A DNA stretch of 64,000 bases from Polyangia bacterium. Its GTDB lineage: Bacteria > Myxococcota_A > Polyangia > Palsa-1104 > JAEUJZ01. Below the pieces are notes generated by a model. The model was not told where the DNA came from. It searched no databases and saw nothing but the letters and a program-made list of their open reading frames with translations. The stretch lies in assembly GCA_044222245.1 (NCBI GenBank), contig JBGANQ010000054.1:813-64812 (forward strand). The letters run 5' to 3'. Position numbers and translations under genes: made by a program. This document shows, in pieces, positions 45,590-54,854 of this stretch. Position 1 is the first letter of the stretch, and the number at the start of each line of letters is the position of its first letter.

Positions 45590-46525
45590 ATGGTTGTGAG
45601 CATGCAAGCGGCGAAACCTCTCAAGCCGGTCCGGCTGGCAGTCTGCCTGTGGATGATGCTGAGCGCGGCGGCGATCGCGGCGGCCGAGCCGCGCCCCGCC
45701 GAGACCCTGCTGCCGCTCGGTGCCGCGCAGATAAGTGAGCTCGTCGGCGACGCCACGGCGCTCGGCCCCACGGCGCGCACCCCCTTGCACGTCGGCGACC
45801 GGGTCGGCGATGGCCAGCAAGTGCAGACCGCCGCCGCCGCCCGCCTGGAGCTGCGGTTTGCTGACGGCACCCTCTTGCGTGTCGGACCGGACGCGGCGCT
45901 GACCCTCTTGCCGCAGCTGCGCCGGGTGGCGCTGCACCGCGGCCGGGTGCTGGTGGCTGCCGACCGGATGCTCGGCGGCCTGGCGGTCCTCACCCGCCGG
46001 ACCGCGCTGCTCCCCGAGGGGACGACCTACCTGGCCGCGGTCACTGCTGCCGGCGATGAGCTGACTGTGCTGGAAGGCGCGGTATGCGCCTGCGCCGTGG
46101 CCGCGCCCGAGCCCTCCCCCCGACCGCCGGGTCCCGCCGCCGCGACTGCCACCGCGGCCGCCGCGCGCCCGATCCTGCCGCCGAGCCGCGATCAGATGAT
46201 CCTGCCCGGCGAGGCGCTGCTGCTCCCCAGCCAAGGGCCCGCGCCCGGCCCGCCCAAGCCTGCGGCGACGCCGCGACCGCAGGTGCTGCGGCTCGCCGAG
46301 CTGCTCAAGACCGAGCCCCTGATCAGCGGGTTTACGCGGCCGCTACCGTCGCTGCGGGTGATTAATGATCTGGCTCTGCTGCAGCGCCGCGGGGTGCTGG
46401 CGAGCCGCAACGAGCGTCAGCGCCGCGAGCTGTTCTGGAAGCGGCCGGCGCGGGCGCCGATCAAGCTGCCGCCGCTGTTCAGCGAGCCCGACTCGGTCAT
46501 CATCCGCTACACCTATCCCGAGTAA
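45590..46525 (+). CDS. FecR-domain secreted protein
   Basis: Signal peptide (LAVCLWMMLSAAAIAAA), then VGDRVGDGQQVQTAAAARLELRFADGTLLRVGPDAALTL. Confidence 0.7.
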   Translation: MVVSMQAAKPLKPVRLAVCLWMMLSAAAIAAAEPRPAETLLPLGAAQISELVGDATALGPTARTPLHVGDRVGDGQQVQTAAAARLELRFADGTLLRVGPDAALTLLPQLRRVALHRGRVLVAADRMLGGLAVLTRRTALLPEGTTYLAAVTAAGDELTVLEGAVCACAVAAPEPSPRPPGPAAATATAAAARPILPPSRDQMILPGEALLLPSQGPAPGPPKPAATPRPQVLRLAELLKTEPLISGFTRPLPSLRVINDLALLQRRGVLASRNERQRRELFWKRPARAPIKLPPLFSEPDSVIIRYTYPE

Positions 46526-46725
46526 GCGCCGCGCCGGCCGGGCGCCGAGCGGCAGCGGGTCGCGCCCGACAAAGGGCGGTTGCTTCATCGCCTGGGCGTC
46601 GCTACGATAGATCTTGGCGTAATCTGGCGAGTCAGCGGCGGGTCCCGGGCGGGCTGACCCCCCCACAAGGCCTGTCCCGCCTCCCCGACCGGTCGCCAAG
46701 GGGGCTACTCCTGCGCAGCAACAGG

Positions 46726-49292
46726 GTGGGTGGTGTGAAACAGATCTCGCGGACTGGGCGGTTGCTTGGGACGGTGCTCGCGTCGGCGGGCTTGCTACTG
46801 CACCTTGCGTCCTGCGCGCCCGCGGGGCCGGCGGCGACCGAGCAAGCCGCCGGCGCGCTGCAGCAGGTCCCCGATGGGGATCTGACGGTCACGATGCCGC
46901 AGACGGTGCTCAACCGCTACGGCCGGCTCGGGCTGGCGGCCGGCCGCGGCGACAAGCAGCTCACCCTCGGCTCGGCTTCGGACTTCGCCAGCCTTGGGCT
47001 GCAGCCGGGCGACCTCGTAATGCTGCTGCAGCCGCAGGGCGCTCAGCTGCAGACCGCCGACACCGATCAGTATGGAGCGGTGGCCGCCCTCAACGGCGCC
47101 GGCCTCTTCGAGCTGGTCACGGTCGCGGCGGTGGACGGGACGACCAACCGGATCTTGCTGGATGCGGCGTGCGGCGGGCTGCGCAACGACTACGGCTCGC
47201 GCGCGCAGGTGATCCGGGTGCCGCAGTACCGGAACCTGACCATCAGCGCCGGCGCCTCGGTGGTCGCGCAGCCGTGGGATGGCCAGGTCGGAGGGGTGGT
47301 GGCGGTGCGGGCGCAGCAGGCGCTCACCGTGCGCGGCGAAGTGGATGCCTCGGGCCAGGGCTTCCGCGGCGGCGGCGCGCAGCAGCCCGGGCAGCTGGTG
47401 GCCGACCCGGCGCCCGATGTCGCCGGCTACGTCGCCGCCATGCCCGACGGCGGCGGCGCCAAGGGCGAGAGCATCGCCGGCTTCACCGCCGACTATATGC
47501 TCCCCGGCGGCTATGGCCGCGGTGCCCCGGCCAACGGCGGCGGCGGCGGCAACGCCTTCAAGGCCGGCGGCGGCGGCGGCGCCGGCGCCGGCCTGCTGGC
47601 CAACTGGAGCGGGCAGGGCGCCATGTCATCGGCGGTGACCGGCGCCACCGCGTGGGCCCTGGACCCGGGGTACAAGGCGAATAACAACCAGCTCACCAGC
47701 TCCAGCGGCGGTGGGCGCGGCGGCTATAGCTCCTCCACCACGAACCTCAGCCCGCTCACGATCCCGCCCGGCGATCCGCGCTGGCAGGGCAACCTGCGGC
47801 GCGAGCGCGGCGGCCGCGGCGGCCACCCGCTGACCTTTGATCCGGGGGCGCGGCTGTTCTTTGGCGGCGGCGGCGGCGCCGGCGACCAGAACGGCCCCGG
47901 CGCCCAGCTCACCTCGCGGGTACCCTGCAGGGCGATGGCCGCATCGCCGCCAGCGGCGCGCCCGGCGGCGACACGCAGGCCGGCAGCGGCGCCGCCCAGG
48001 GCGCGGGCGGCGGCGGCGGCGGCGGCGCGGTCATCCTCAACAGCGACTCGGTGCAGGGGACCCTGCGAGTCGAGGCGCTCGGCGGCGATGGCGGTCGCCA
48101 CCAGTCGGCCGGCGCCGGGATCAGCGAGGCCAACGGCCCGGGCGGCGGCGGCGGCGGCGGCTTCATCGCCGTGCCGGCGGCGACGGCCAGCTCGGTGATG
48201 CGGGTGGTGCGCGGCGGCAGCGGCGGCGCGACCAGCTCGGCGGCGATGATTGGCTTTCCCAGCAACGGCGCCACCAGCGGCGGCGTCGGCGTCGAGCAGC
48301 CGCTGAGCGCCGCCGCCGCCGCGCCGCTGTGCCTGCCCGCCGAGCTGAGCGTCGTAGTGCTCGCCGGAACCCCCAAGACGACCGCCGGCAGCAACCTCAC
48401 CTTCACGGTGATCGTTGCCAACCGCGGTCCCTATGACGTCACCGCGGCGCACCTGCAGGCGGCCTTGTCCCCCGCCATGACCAGCGTCGCCTGGAGCTGC
48501 GTCAGCAGCGACCCGAGCCTGGACCCGCAGAACTGCGCCGATCCGGCGATGGCGCGCCGGGGCGACATCAACAAGACGCTGGTCCTGCCGGCGCTCGCCA
48601 CGGTGACCTTTACCGTGTTCATCTTCCTTGACCAGAGCGCTGCCGGGACGCTGACCTACCAGGCGACCGTGACCGCGCCGCCGTCCCTGCAGGACCTCCT
48701 GCCGACCAACAACACCGCGAGCGCCACGACGCTGATCACCGAGCCGGCGGACATCCAGGTGCAGCTGCTCGCCGCCCCCAACCCCTCGCTGTCGGGCGAG
48801 GCGATCACGCTCACCGCCACCGTCCGCAACGTCGGTCCGGCGCCGGCGCGCGGGCTGCAGCTGGCGCTCAAGCTGCCGGCCGGGGCGCAGCTGCACCGCG
48901 CGCCGAGCGGCCCCGGCTGGACCTGCACGGCCGTCGCCGCCGACGGGAGCCTCACCTGCAGCAACCCCTTGCTCGACAGCGGCACGGTGTCGGAGGTCTT
49001 CCTGGCGCTCTTGCCCGACTTCACCGCCCAGACCCTGGCCGCCAGCGCCGCGGCCACCGCCAGCAACGAAGACCCCGACCCAACCAACAACGCGGCGGCG
49101 GTGACCGTGCCGATTGCGTTCAACGGCGCTTCGTATCGCTCCCCGGCCATCGGCGGCGGCGGTTTCGGCTGTCGCTTCAGCAGTGGTACGGCGGCGCCGA
49201 CCCCGGGAGCGGCGAGCCTGCTCGGGCTGCTCATCGGCTGGCCGCTGGCGGCGCGGCGGCGGCGGTCGCTCGCCGGCGGCCGGGGTCGCTAG
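46726..49292 (+). CDS. Large secreted Gly-rich / DUF11-repeat surface protein with a MYXO-CTERM-like tail, interrupted by a 1-nt frameshift near 47911-47915
   Basis: - Lipoprotein-type signal (LLLHLASC).
- Frame 1 reads well to ...GGGGAGDQNGPGAQ. The next frame continues LAGTLQGDGRIAASGAPGGDTQAG...VILNSDSVQGTLRVEALGGDGG.
- The C-terminus has DUF11-like repeats (NLTFTVIVANRGP and ITLTATVRNVGP) and GGGGFGCRFSS...LLGLLIGWPLAARRRR. Confidence 0.7.
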
Positions 49293-49305
49293 CCTGGAGC
49301 CTCGC

Positions 49306-50403
49306 GTGCGGCGCCCGGTCCTGTGCGCGCTCGTTGGCAGCCTGCTGGGGCTCGGCTGCGTCTTGCCGGCGCGAGCCCAGAGCCGCGGCTTCCAGGTGAA
49401 CCGCTACGAGCCGACCGCCGCCGGCGAGTGGTCGCTGGCGGTGGAGCACCCGTGGTACCGGGCGAGCCGGGTGGTGGCCGCCGGGCTCACCCTGAACTAC
49501 GGCCACAACCCGCTGGTCTTTGGCTATCAGTCGCTGGATGGGACCTTCTCGCAGGCGGGCGGGGTGATCGCCGACCAGCTGCTCGCGCACCTTGACGTGG
49601 CCGCTGCGGTGCACGACCGGGTGCTGCTGACCCTGTCGCTGCCGATCACGCTGCTAGAGCGCGGCAGCGAGCAGTACGGCATCGCGCCGCTGCAGGGCGC
49701 GGCGGTGGGCGACCCGCGCCTGGGGTTGCGCGTGCGCGTGCTCGGTCAGCCCTACCGCAGCGCGCTGTCGCTGAGCGCGGGCGCCGACGTGTGGCTCCCG
49801 GTCAACTCGCTTGGGGACGCGCCGCCGTTCGCCGCCCAGGTCGGTGAGAGCGGCGTGCGCGTGCAGCCCAAGCTGCTGCTCGGCGGCCTGGGCGGCGGCG
49901 TCCTGTGGTCGTTCAGCCTGGGCTTCTACTATCGTCCCGAGCAGCTCATCGGCACCCTGCCGGCCGGCTCGGGCAACGCCATGGGCTCCGAGCTGCAGCT
50001 CGGCGCCGCCATCGCCTACTTTCGCCCCGAGCTGCGGCTCGCCATCGGCCCCGAGGCCGTGCTGTCCACCATCGTCAGCGGCCGCCAAGGCTCTGGCTCC
50101 AGCTCCACCAGTCTCGAGCTGCTGCTCGCCGCGCACTACAACGTGCGCCAGCTGGTCCAGCTCGGGCTCGGCGCCGGCGTCGGCGTGCTGCACGAGCCGG
50201 GGACCCCCGATGCCCGGCTGCTCTTGCGGCTGGCCTACGCGCCGTGGCCCACCGCCAAGCCGAGCCGCCGCGACCGCGATCGCATCGACGACCCCGCTGC
50301 CTCCTGCCCCGACGCGCCGGGGAGCACCGCTCCGCTGCCGCCCGGGTGCCCGCCGCGCGGCGGGACCGGCAAGGTCGCAGACTCCATCCGGAGCGGACGG
50401 TAG
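49306..50403 (+). CDS. Putative outer-membrane protein
   Basis: A GTG start gives the signal VRRPVLCALVGSLLGLGCVLPARAQ. An alternating beta-strand pattern follows. Confidence 0.55.
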   Translation: MRRPVLCALVGSLLGLGCVLPARAQSRGFQVNRYEPTAAGEWSLAVEHPWYRASRVVAAGLTLNYGHNPLVFGYQSLDGTFSQAGGVIADQLLAHLDVAAAVHDRVLLTLSLPITLLERGSEQYGIAPLQGAAVGDPRLGLRVRVLGQPYRSALSLSAGADVWLPVNSLGDAPPFAAQVGESGVRVQPKLLLGGLGGGVLWSFSLGFYYRPEQLIGTLPAGSGNAMGSELQLGAAIAYFRPELRLAIGPEAVLSTIVSGRQGSGSSSTSLELLLAAHYNVRQLVQLGLGAGVGVLHEPGTPDARLLLRLAYAPWPTAKPSRRDRDRIDDPAASCPDAPGSTAPLPPGCPPRGGTGKVADSIRSGR

Positions 50404-50463
50404 CGGCGGGGGCGGCCGACAAGAAAATCTCTCTCCGGTTAGGCGCGTGGTTAAGATGCGCCC

Positions 50464-51543
50464 ATGTTCTCGGACCTGCGCATCGAGCCGGAGCTCAGCC
50501 TCGCCAGTACGCTGCCGGCGCGCCTGTATCTTGACCCCGAGGTCCTGGTCGCCGAGCGCGAGCGCATCTTTTATCGCAGCTGGCAGTGGGTCGGGCACCC
50601 CAGCCGGCTCACCCAGGACGGTGACTACGCCACCACCGCGGTGCTGGAGCAGCCGCTTTTGCTGCTGCGCGATGGGGCCGAGCTGCGCGGCTTTTACAAC
50701 GTGTGTCGCCATCGCGGCGGCGCGGTGGCGGTGGGCGAGGGCAACCGCCGCACCCTGCAGTGTCGCTACCACGGCTGGACCTACGGCCTGGACGGCAGCC
50801 TGCGCGGGACCCCGGAGTTTGGCGGAGCGCGCTGCTTCGAGCGCTCCGCCAACGGGCTCGTGCCGGTGCCGGTCGTCGAGGCGGCGGGCCTTCTGTTCAC
50901 CAACCTGGGAGGGCGCGGCGAGCTGGGCCAGGCGGGGCCGGCGGGTCCGCCTCTAACCGAGGTGCTGGGCGAGCTCCTCGGCGAGATCGCCGACCTGCCG
51001 GTGGCACGCATGCGGCCGGTGCGGCGGGTGGACTACGAGGTGCGCTGCAACTGGAAGGTCTACGTCGATAACTACCTGGAGGGCTACCACCTGCCGCTGG
51101 TGCACCCGCGCTTGTTCCGCGCCCTGGACTACGGCGCCTACAAAGTTGAGACGCGGCGCTACCACTCGCGGCAGTACGCGCCGCTGCGCGGCGTGCCGGA
51201 CAGCCAGGCGTTCTACTACTGGGTATTCCCCAACCTGATGCTCAACATCTACCCGGGCAGCGTGCAGCTGAACCTTATCGTGCCCACCGCCGTGGATCGC
51301 ACCACGACGGTCTTTGAGTGGTACCAGCTCGACGGCGCCGACCCTGCGGAGCCGCCCCTGGCGGACGACGCCGCCGGCTCCCTCGCCTTCGCGGACGAGG
51401 TGCAGCGCGAGGACATCGCCATCTGCGAGCAGGTGCAGCGCGGCCTTGCCTCCCACGCCTACGACCGCGGCCGCTTCTGCCCGGCGCGCGAGAACGGCGT
51501 GCACCACTTCCACCAGCTGCTCGCCGAACACCTGAGCGGCTAG
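50464..51543 (+). CDS. Rieske [2Fe-2S] ring-hydroxylating oxygenase, alpha subunit-like
   Basis: Rieske motif CRHRGG...CRYHGWTY, and a catalytic-domain block NYLEGYHLPLVHP. Confidence 0.85.
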   Translation: MFSDLRIEPELSLASTLPARLYLDPEVLVAERERIFYRSWQWVGHPSRLTQDGDYATTAVLEQPLLLLRDGAELRGFYNVCRHRGGAVAVGEGNRRTLQCRYHGWTYGLDGSLRGTPEFGGARCFERSANGLVPVPVVEAAGLLFTNLGGRGELGQAGPAGPPLTEVLGELLGEIADLPVARMRPVRRVDYEVRCNWKVYVDNYLEGYHLPLVHPRLFRALDYGAYKVETRRYHSRQYAPLRGVPDSQAFYYWVFPNLMLNIYPGSVQLNLIVPTAVDRTTTVFEWYQLDGADPAEPPLADDAAGSLAFADEVQREDIAICEQVQRGLASHAYDRGRFCPARENGVHHFHQLLAEHLSG

Positions 51544-51601
51544 CCGCGCGCTCCCGGCGTCAGCGGTCGCCCGACCCCGGCGCGCCGGCTCTTGGCGCCG
51601 G

Positions 51602-52114
51602 TCAGGGCCCGACCCACAGCCCCATGACAAGATCATCCACGTAGGAGTCTGGACCGAGCTTGAGCCGGCGGCGCATCCTGCCTTCCTCGACAAAGCCCAG
51701 CTTCTTGTAAAGCGCGATGGCGATGGTGTTGACCGAGCGCACGCGCAGCTCCATCCGCTCGACCTTTGGGTTGGCGCGCGCCCACTCGATGAGGTGGGAC
51801 AGGAGCTGCTTGCCCAGGCCCCGTCCCTGGAAGCCCGGGTGTACGGCAATGGTCAAGTCGACCACATGAGCCGTCACCGCGAGCTTGAGCGGATCGAGCA
51901 GCGCGTGGCCGGCGACTTCTCCGCCTGTCTCGATGACGATGAACTTGCCGCACTCACTGCCGCTGAGCCGGAGGATCCGCTCGCGGAAGAGCTCATCTTT
52001 CAGCTCACTCGGCACGGAGGCCAGGCGACCCGGAGTGCGAGCGATGACGCGCTGCGCTTCCGCCAGCATGGCTGCGTCTTCGATGCGAGCGTCGCGAATG
52101 TGAGTGTCTATCAC
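51602..52114 (-). CDS. GNAT N-acetyltransferase
   Basis: IAVHPGFQGRGLGKQLL...ALYKKLGF (motif A). The start is placed at GTG 52112-14, preceded by GAGGGAG. Confidence 0.75.
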   Translation of the reverse strand: MIDTHIRDARIEDAAMLAEAQRVIARTPGRLASVPSELKDELFRERILRLSGSECGKFIVIETGGEVAGHALLDPLKLAVTAHVVDLTIAVHPGFQGRGLGKQLLSHLIEWARANPKVERMELRVRSVNTIAIALYKKLGFVEEGRMRRRLKLGPDSYVDDLVMGLWVGP

Positions 52115-52370
52115 TTGGGTCTCCCTCAATTCTCGACGGTAGAGCCGGAGCCTCACGCCGTCAAGCTCCGCCCGCTGCTCGGCCGCGCTCCCGCGATTTC
52201 CCAAGCCAAGGGCGCCGCTCGGTTGCATATCCCCGCCAGTCCCGACCGCTGCCAGCAGCGCGCGCATGACTCCGCAGCCAAGCACGAGGTGACTATAAGC
52301 GTGAGCGTTGCCGCAGCGTGGGAGAGAGAGGTTCTATTGTTTTACAGCGCTGAGAGGACAGACCACCTCC

Positions 52371-52775
52371 TTAGCGGGCACTTGCCGGCCCGCACGACTC
52401 TTTGCAGTGGCACTCCAGGCAGCCGTGCTCCGCGCGGCTCCCGCACGCGGCGGCGACCTGCTGGCGCAGCGCCTCGCGCGCCCGGAACACGCGCACCGCG
52501 GCGTTGCCAGGCGAGACCCCGGCCTCGGCGGCGTAGTCCTTGACGCTCAGCCCGTCCACCTCGATGCGGCGCAGCGCGACCGCGTACTCGGGCTTGAGCG
52601 TATCGGCCAGCCGCGCGACGCAGCGGCACACTGCATCCTGGAGCTCCGGCCCTGGCTCCTCGCTCTGCGAAAGCTCGTGCGCGGCGCGCTCGAGCGCCCG
52701 ACCCTCGGCGCCCTTACGCCGGTCGGCTTCGCTCGTCGCGGGTGGTGTTGCCTGCGGGTGCCCCATGCGGCTCAT
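52371..52775 (-). CDS. Sigma-70 region-4-only protein with a Cys-rich tail (truncated ECF sigma?)
   Basis: KPEYAVALRRIEVDGLSVKDYAAEAGVSPGNAAVRVFRAREAL is a region-4 HTH. No region 2 is present. The C-terminus reads HGCLECHCKESC. Confidence 0.55.
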   Translation of the reverse strand: MSRMGHPQATPPATSEADRRKGAEGRALERAAHELSQSEEPGPELQDAVCRCVARLADTLKPEYAVALRRIEVDGLSVKDYAAEAGVSPGNAAVRVFRAREALRQQVAAACGSRAEHGCLECHCKESCGPASAR

Positions 52776-52879
52776 CCCTTGCTCGGCGGGAAGCTCTGCG
52801 CTGGGTCGATCCCGTCTTTGCGCATGCTCTCCAGCTTGGCCAGCGCCGCCTGCTTGCCGACCGGCGGCTTATTGCGGAG

Positions 52880-53258
52880 AGGTTGCCAAACCGGATGCGG
52901 ACGCGCTCGCCCTTTTTGATCACCAGCGGCTCGGTGCCTGGGAATACGCGTGAGTTGAACGTCAGGACGTTGAAGTCGGTCATCTCGTTCGGATCCGGAC
53001 GGCGCGTGCCGGGACGGAGCTTCCACTCGTGCGTCATGAACACGAAGTCACGATCCACACGCGGGCCGAGCGGTCGCCTGGGATGGACGATGAACATGCC
53101 CATCATCCCAAGCGCCATCTGCGTCATCTCGTCTTAGTGCGGGTGGTACATGAACGTGCCCGGTCGGCTCAGCGTGAACTCGTACACGAACGTCTCGCCA
53201 GGCTGGATCGGCGCCTGGCTGAGGCCCGCGACCCCGTCCATGCTGCTTGGGTCGTACG
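52880..53258 (-). pseudogene. Internal fragment of a multicopper oxidase with an in-frame TAA
   Basis: [43 protein letters not shown](53134-36)-DEMTQMALGMMGMFIVHP...NVLTFNSRVFPGTEPLVIKKGERVRIRFGNLS. Both ends are missing. Confidence 0.7.
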
Positions 53259-54358
53259 CACGGCTGCGCGCAGGCGGGCTTCCGCTGCGCTCTGCCGCGC
53301 CCGCAGCGCGGTCGCTCGGTGGCGCTGGGCCATGACCGTGCCCTGGCCTTGGTTGAAAAGCGGCAGCGACAGCGAGAAGTGGCCGCCCAGCTCCCAGCTC
53401 AAGCCGTCGCGCTCACCGTGAAAGCCGGCCTTGAGGTCAGGGAGCAGCCCCCCGCGCGCGCCAGCTGCGCCCGGCCCATCGCCGCGGTCGCGCCGCTGCG
53501 CAGCGCCGACAGCTCCAGGCTCGCGGCGAGCGCGCGCGTCTCGGCGTCCGCGGCCGCATACGGCGCCGGCGGGGCAAGCCCGTCGAGAGCCAGCTCCCAG
53601 GAGGGGGCCTGTTCCGTCATGCCGAGCGCCGCGTTCAGACGCTCGCGCGCCTGGGCGGCCGCTCGCTCGGCGTCATTGCTGGCGAGGCGGGCCGACTCCC
53701 AGGCCGCGCGCTCCAGGTGCAGCTCGACGGCCGGCACGTTCCCGACGCGAAACAGCTCGGCGCGCGCCGCGTAAGAGGCCTCGGCCACCGCGCTCGCCTG
53801 CCGCCGGACCGCAAGCGCCAGCGTCCGGGCCGCCGCCTCAAAAAAGGCGAGCCGCGCCTGGTACGCGACCGCCAGCACCTCCGCGGCGGCCTGGAAGCGG
53901 GCGACGCCCAGCTCGGCCTGTGCCGCGCTCCGCCGCAGCGGCAAGAGGAGCAGCGACGAAATCTCGAAGTCCACGCCGAGGTCCGCTTGCAGCGGCTGCC
54001 CCGGGTCGGAAGACGAGCGCAGGCTGACCTCGACCTCGGGGTTGGCGGGCAGGCTGGCCTGGAGCCAGAGCGCGCGGGCGGCGTCAGACTCGGCCACCGC
54101 CGCCCGCACGCTGCCGTGCTGCAAGAGCGCGATACGCACCGCGGCCTCCGCCGTAAGCGGACGCTGGAGCAGCTCCGCGAGGGTCCGCGCCTGCCCCCCC
54201 GGCGCGACTGCCGCGGCGGCCGCGCCTTGGTCCCGCTGGCGCAGCAGCGCCGCGATCTCGCGACCCTCACCGGCGGCGGCGAGCCGCGGGGCCGTAACAA
54301 GCGCCAGCAACGCCCAGATTCCTACGCGCTGAACCAGCTTGATCCGTCGAGTTGCCAT
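53259..54358 (-). pseudogene. TolC/CzcC-type outer-membrane efflux protein, frameshifted and 3'-truncated
   Basis: MATRRIKLVQRVGIWALLALV... shows heptad-like OMF repeats. The frame changes at the C6 run 53448-53453 (ARAGG|[36 protein letters not shown]). The reading ends in the fusion with the oxidase fragment near 53258. Confidence 0.65.
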
Positions 54359-54360
54359 GG

Positions 54361-54735
54361 CTACGCCTCGACCATCAGCCGGCCGCGCAGCATGTTCATG
54401 CCGCAGGTGAACTCGTACTGCCCCGGTCGCAGCGCCGGCAGATCGATGGTGACTACCTTCCCGGTGGGCAGGTGGCGCGTGATCCCGAGGTCCGGCAAGA
54501 CGAGCTGCTCGCTGCACGGCGAGCGGTCGGCACGCAGCGCCTGGAGCCGCACTGGCACTGCTGCCTTGACGACGATGCGGTTGGGTCGATACCCGTTGTC
54601 CACGGTCAGCTCGACGGTCTGGAGCCCGTCGGCAGCCGCGGCGCGCGTGCGGCCCCGCGGTCCAAAGAAAAACAAGCTGATGAACACAGCGACCAGCGCC
54701 GCGACGCTGACCACGGCAATTTGGGTGGGGTCCAT
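54361..54735 (-). CDS. Membrane-anchored cupredoxin-like protein
   Basis: The ATG is preceded by AAGGAGG. There is a TM helix, then YRPNRIVVKAAVPVRL...PGQYEFTCGMNMLRGRLMV. Confidence 0.7.
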   Translation of the reverse strand: MDPTQIAVVSVAALVAVFISLFFFGPRGRTRAAAADGLQTVELTVDNGYRPNRIVVKAAVPVRLQALRADRSPCSEQLVLPDLGITRHLPTGKVVTIDLPALRPGQYEFTCGMNMLRGRLMVEA

Positions 54736-54854
54736 AGCTGCCTCCTTGCTAGCGGAGCTAACTTTTCTAGGCGAGCCGGCCGACTGGCGACCGGCTCTCA
54801 CTTGGGCTGACGCAGACCCGCGGCCTGCATTACAGCCCCGGTTTCATCGCGGTT

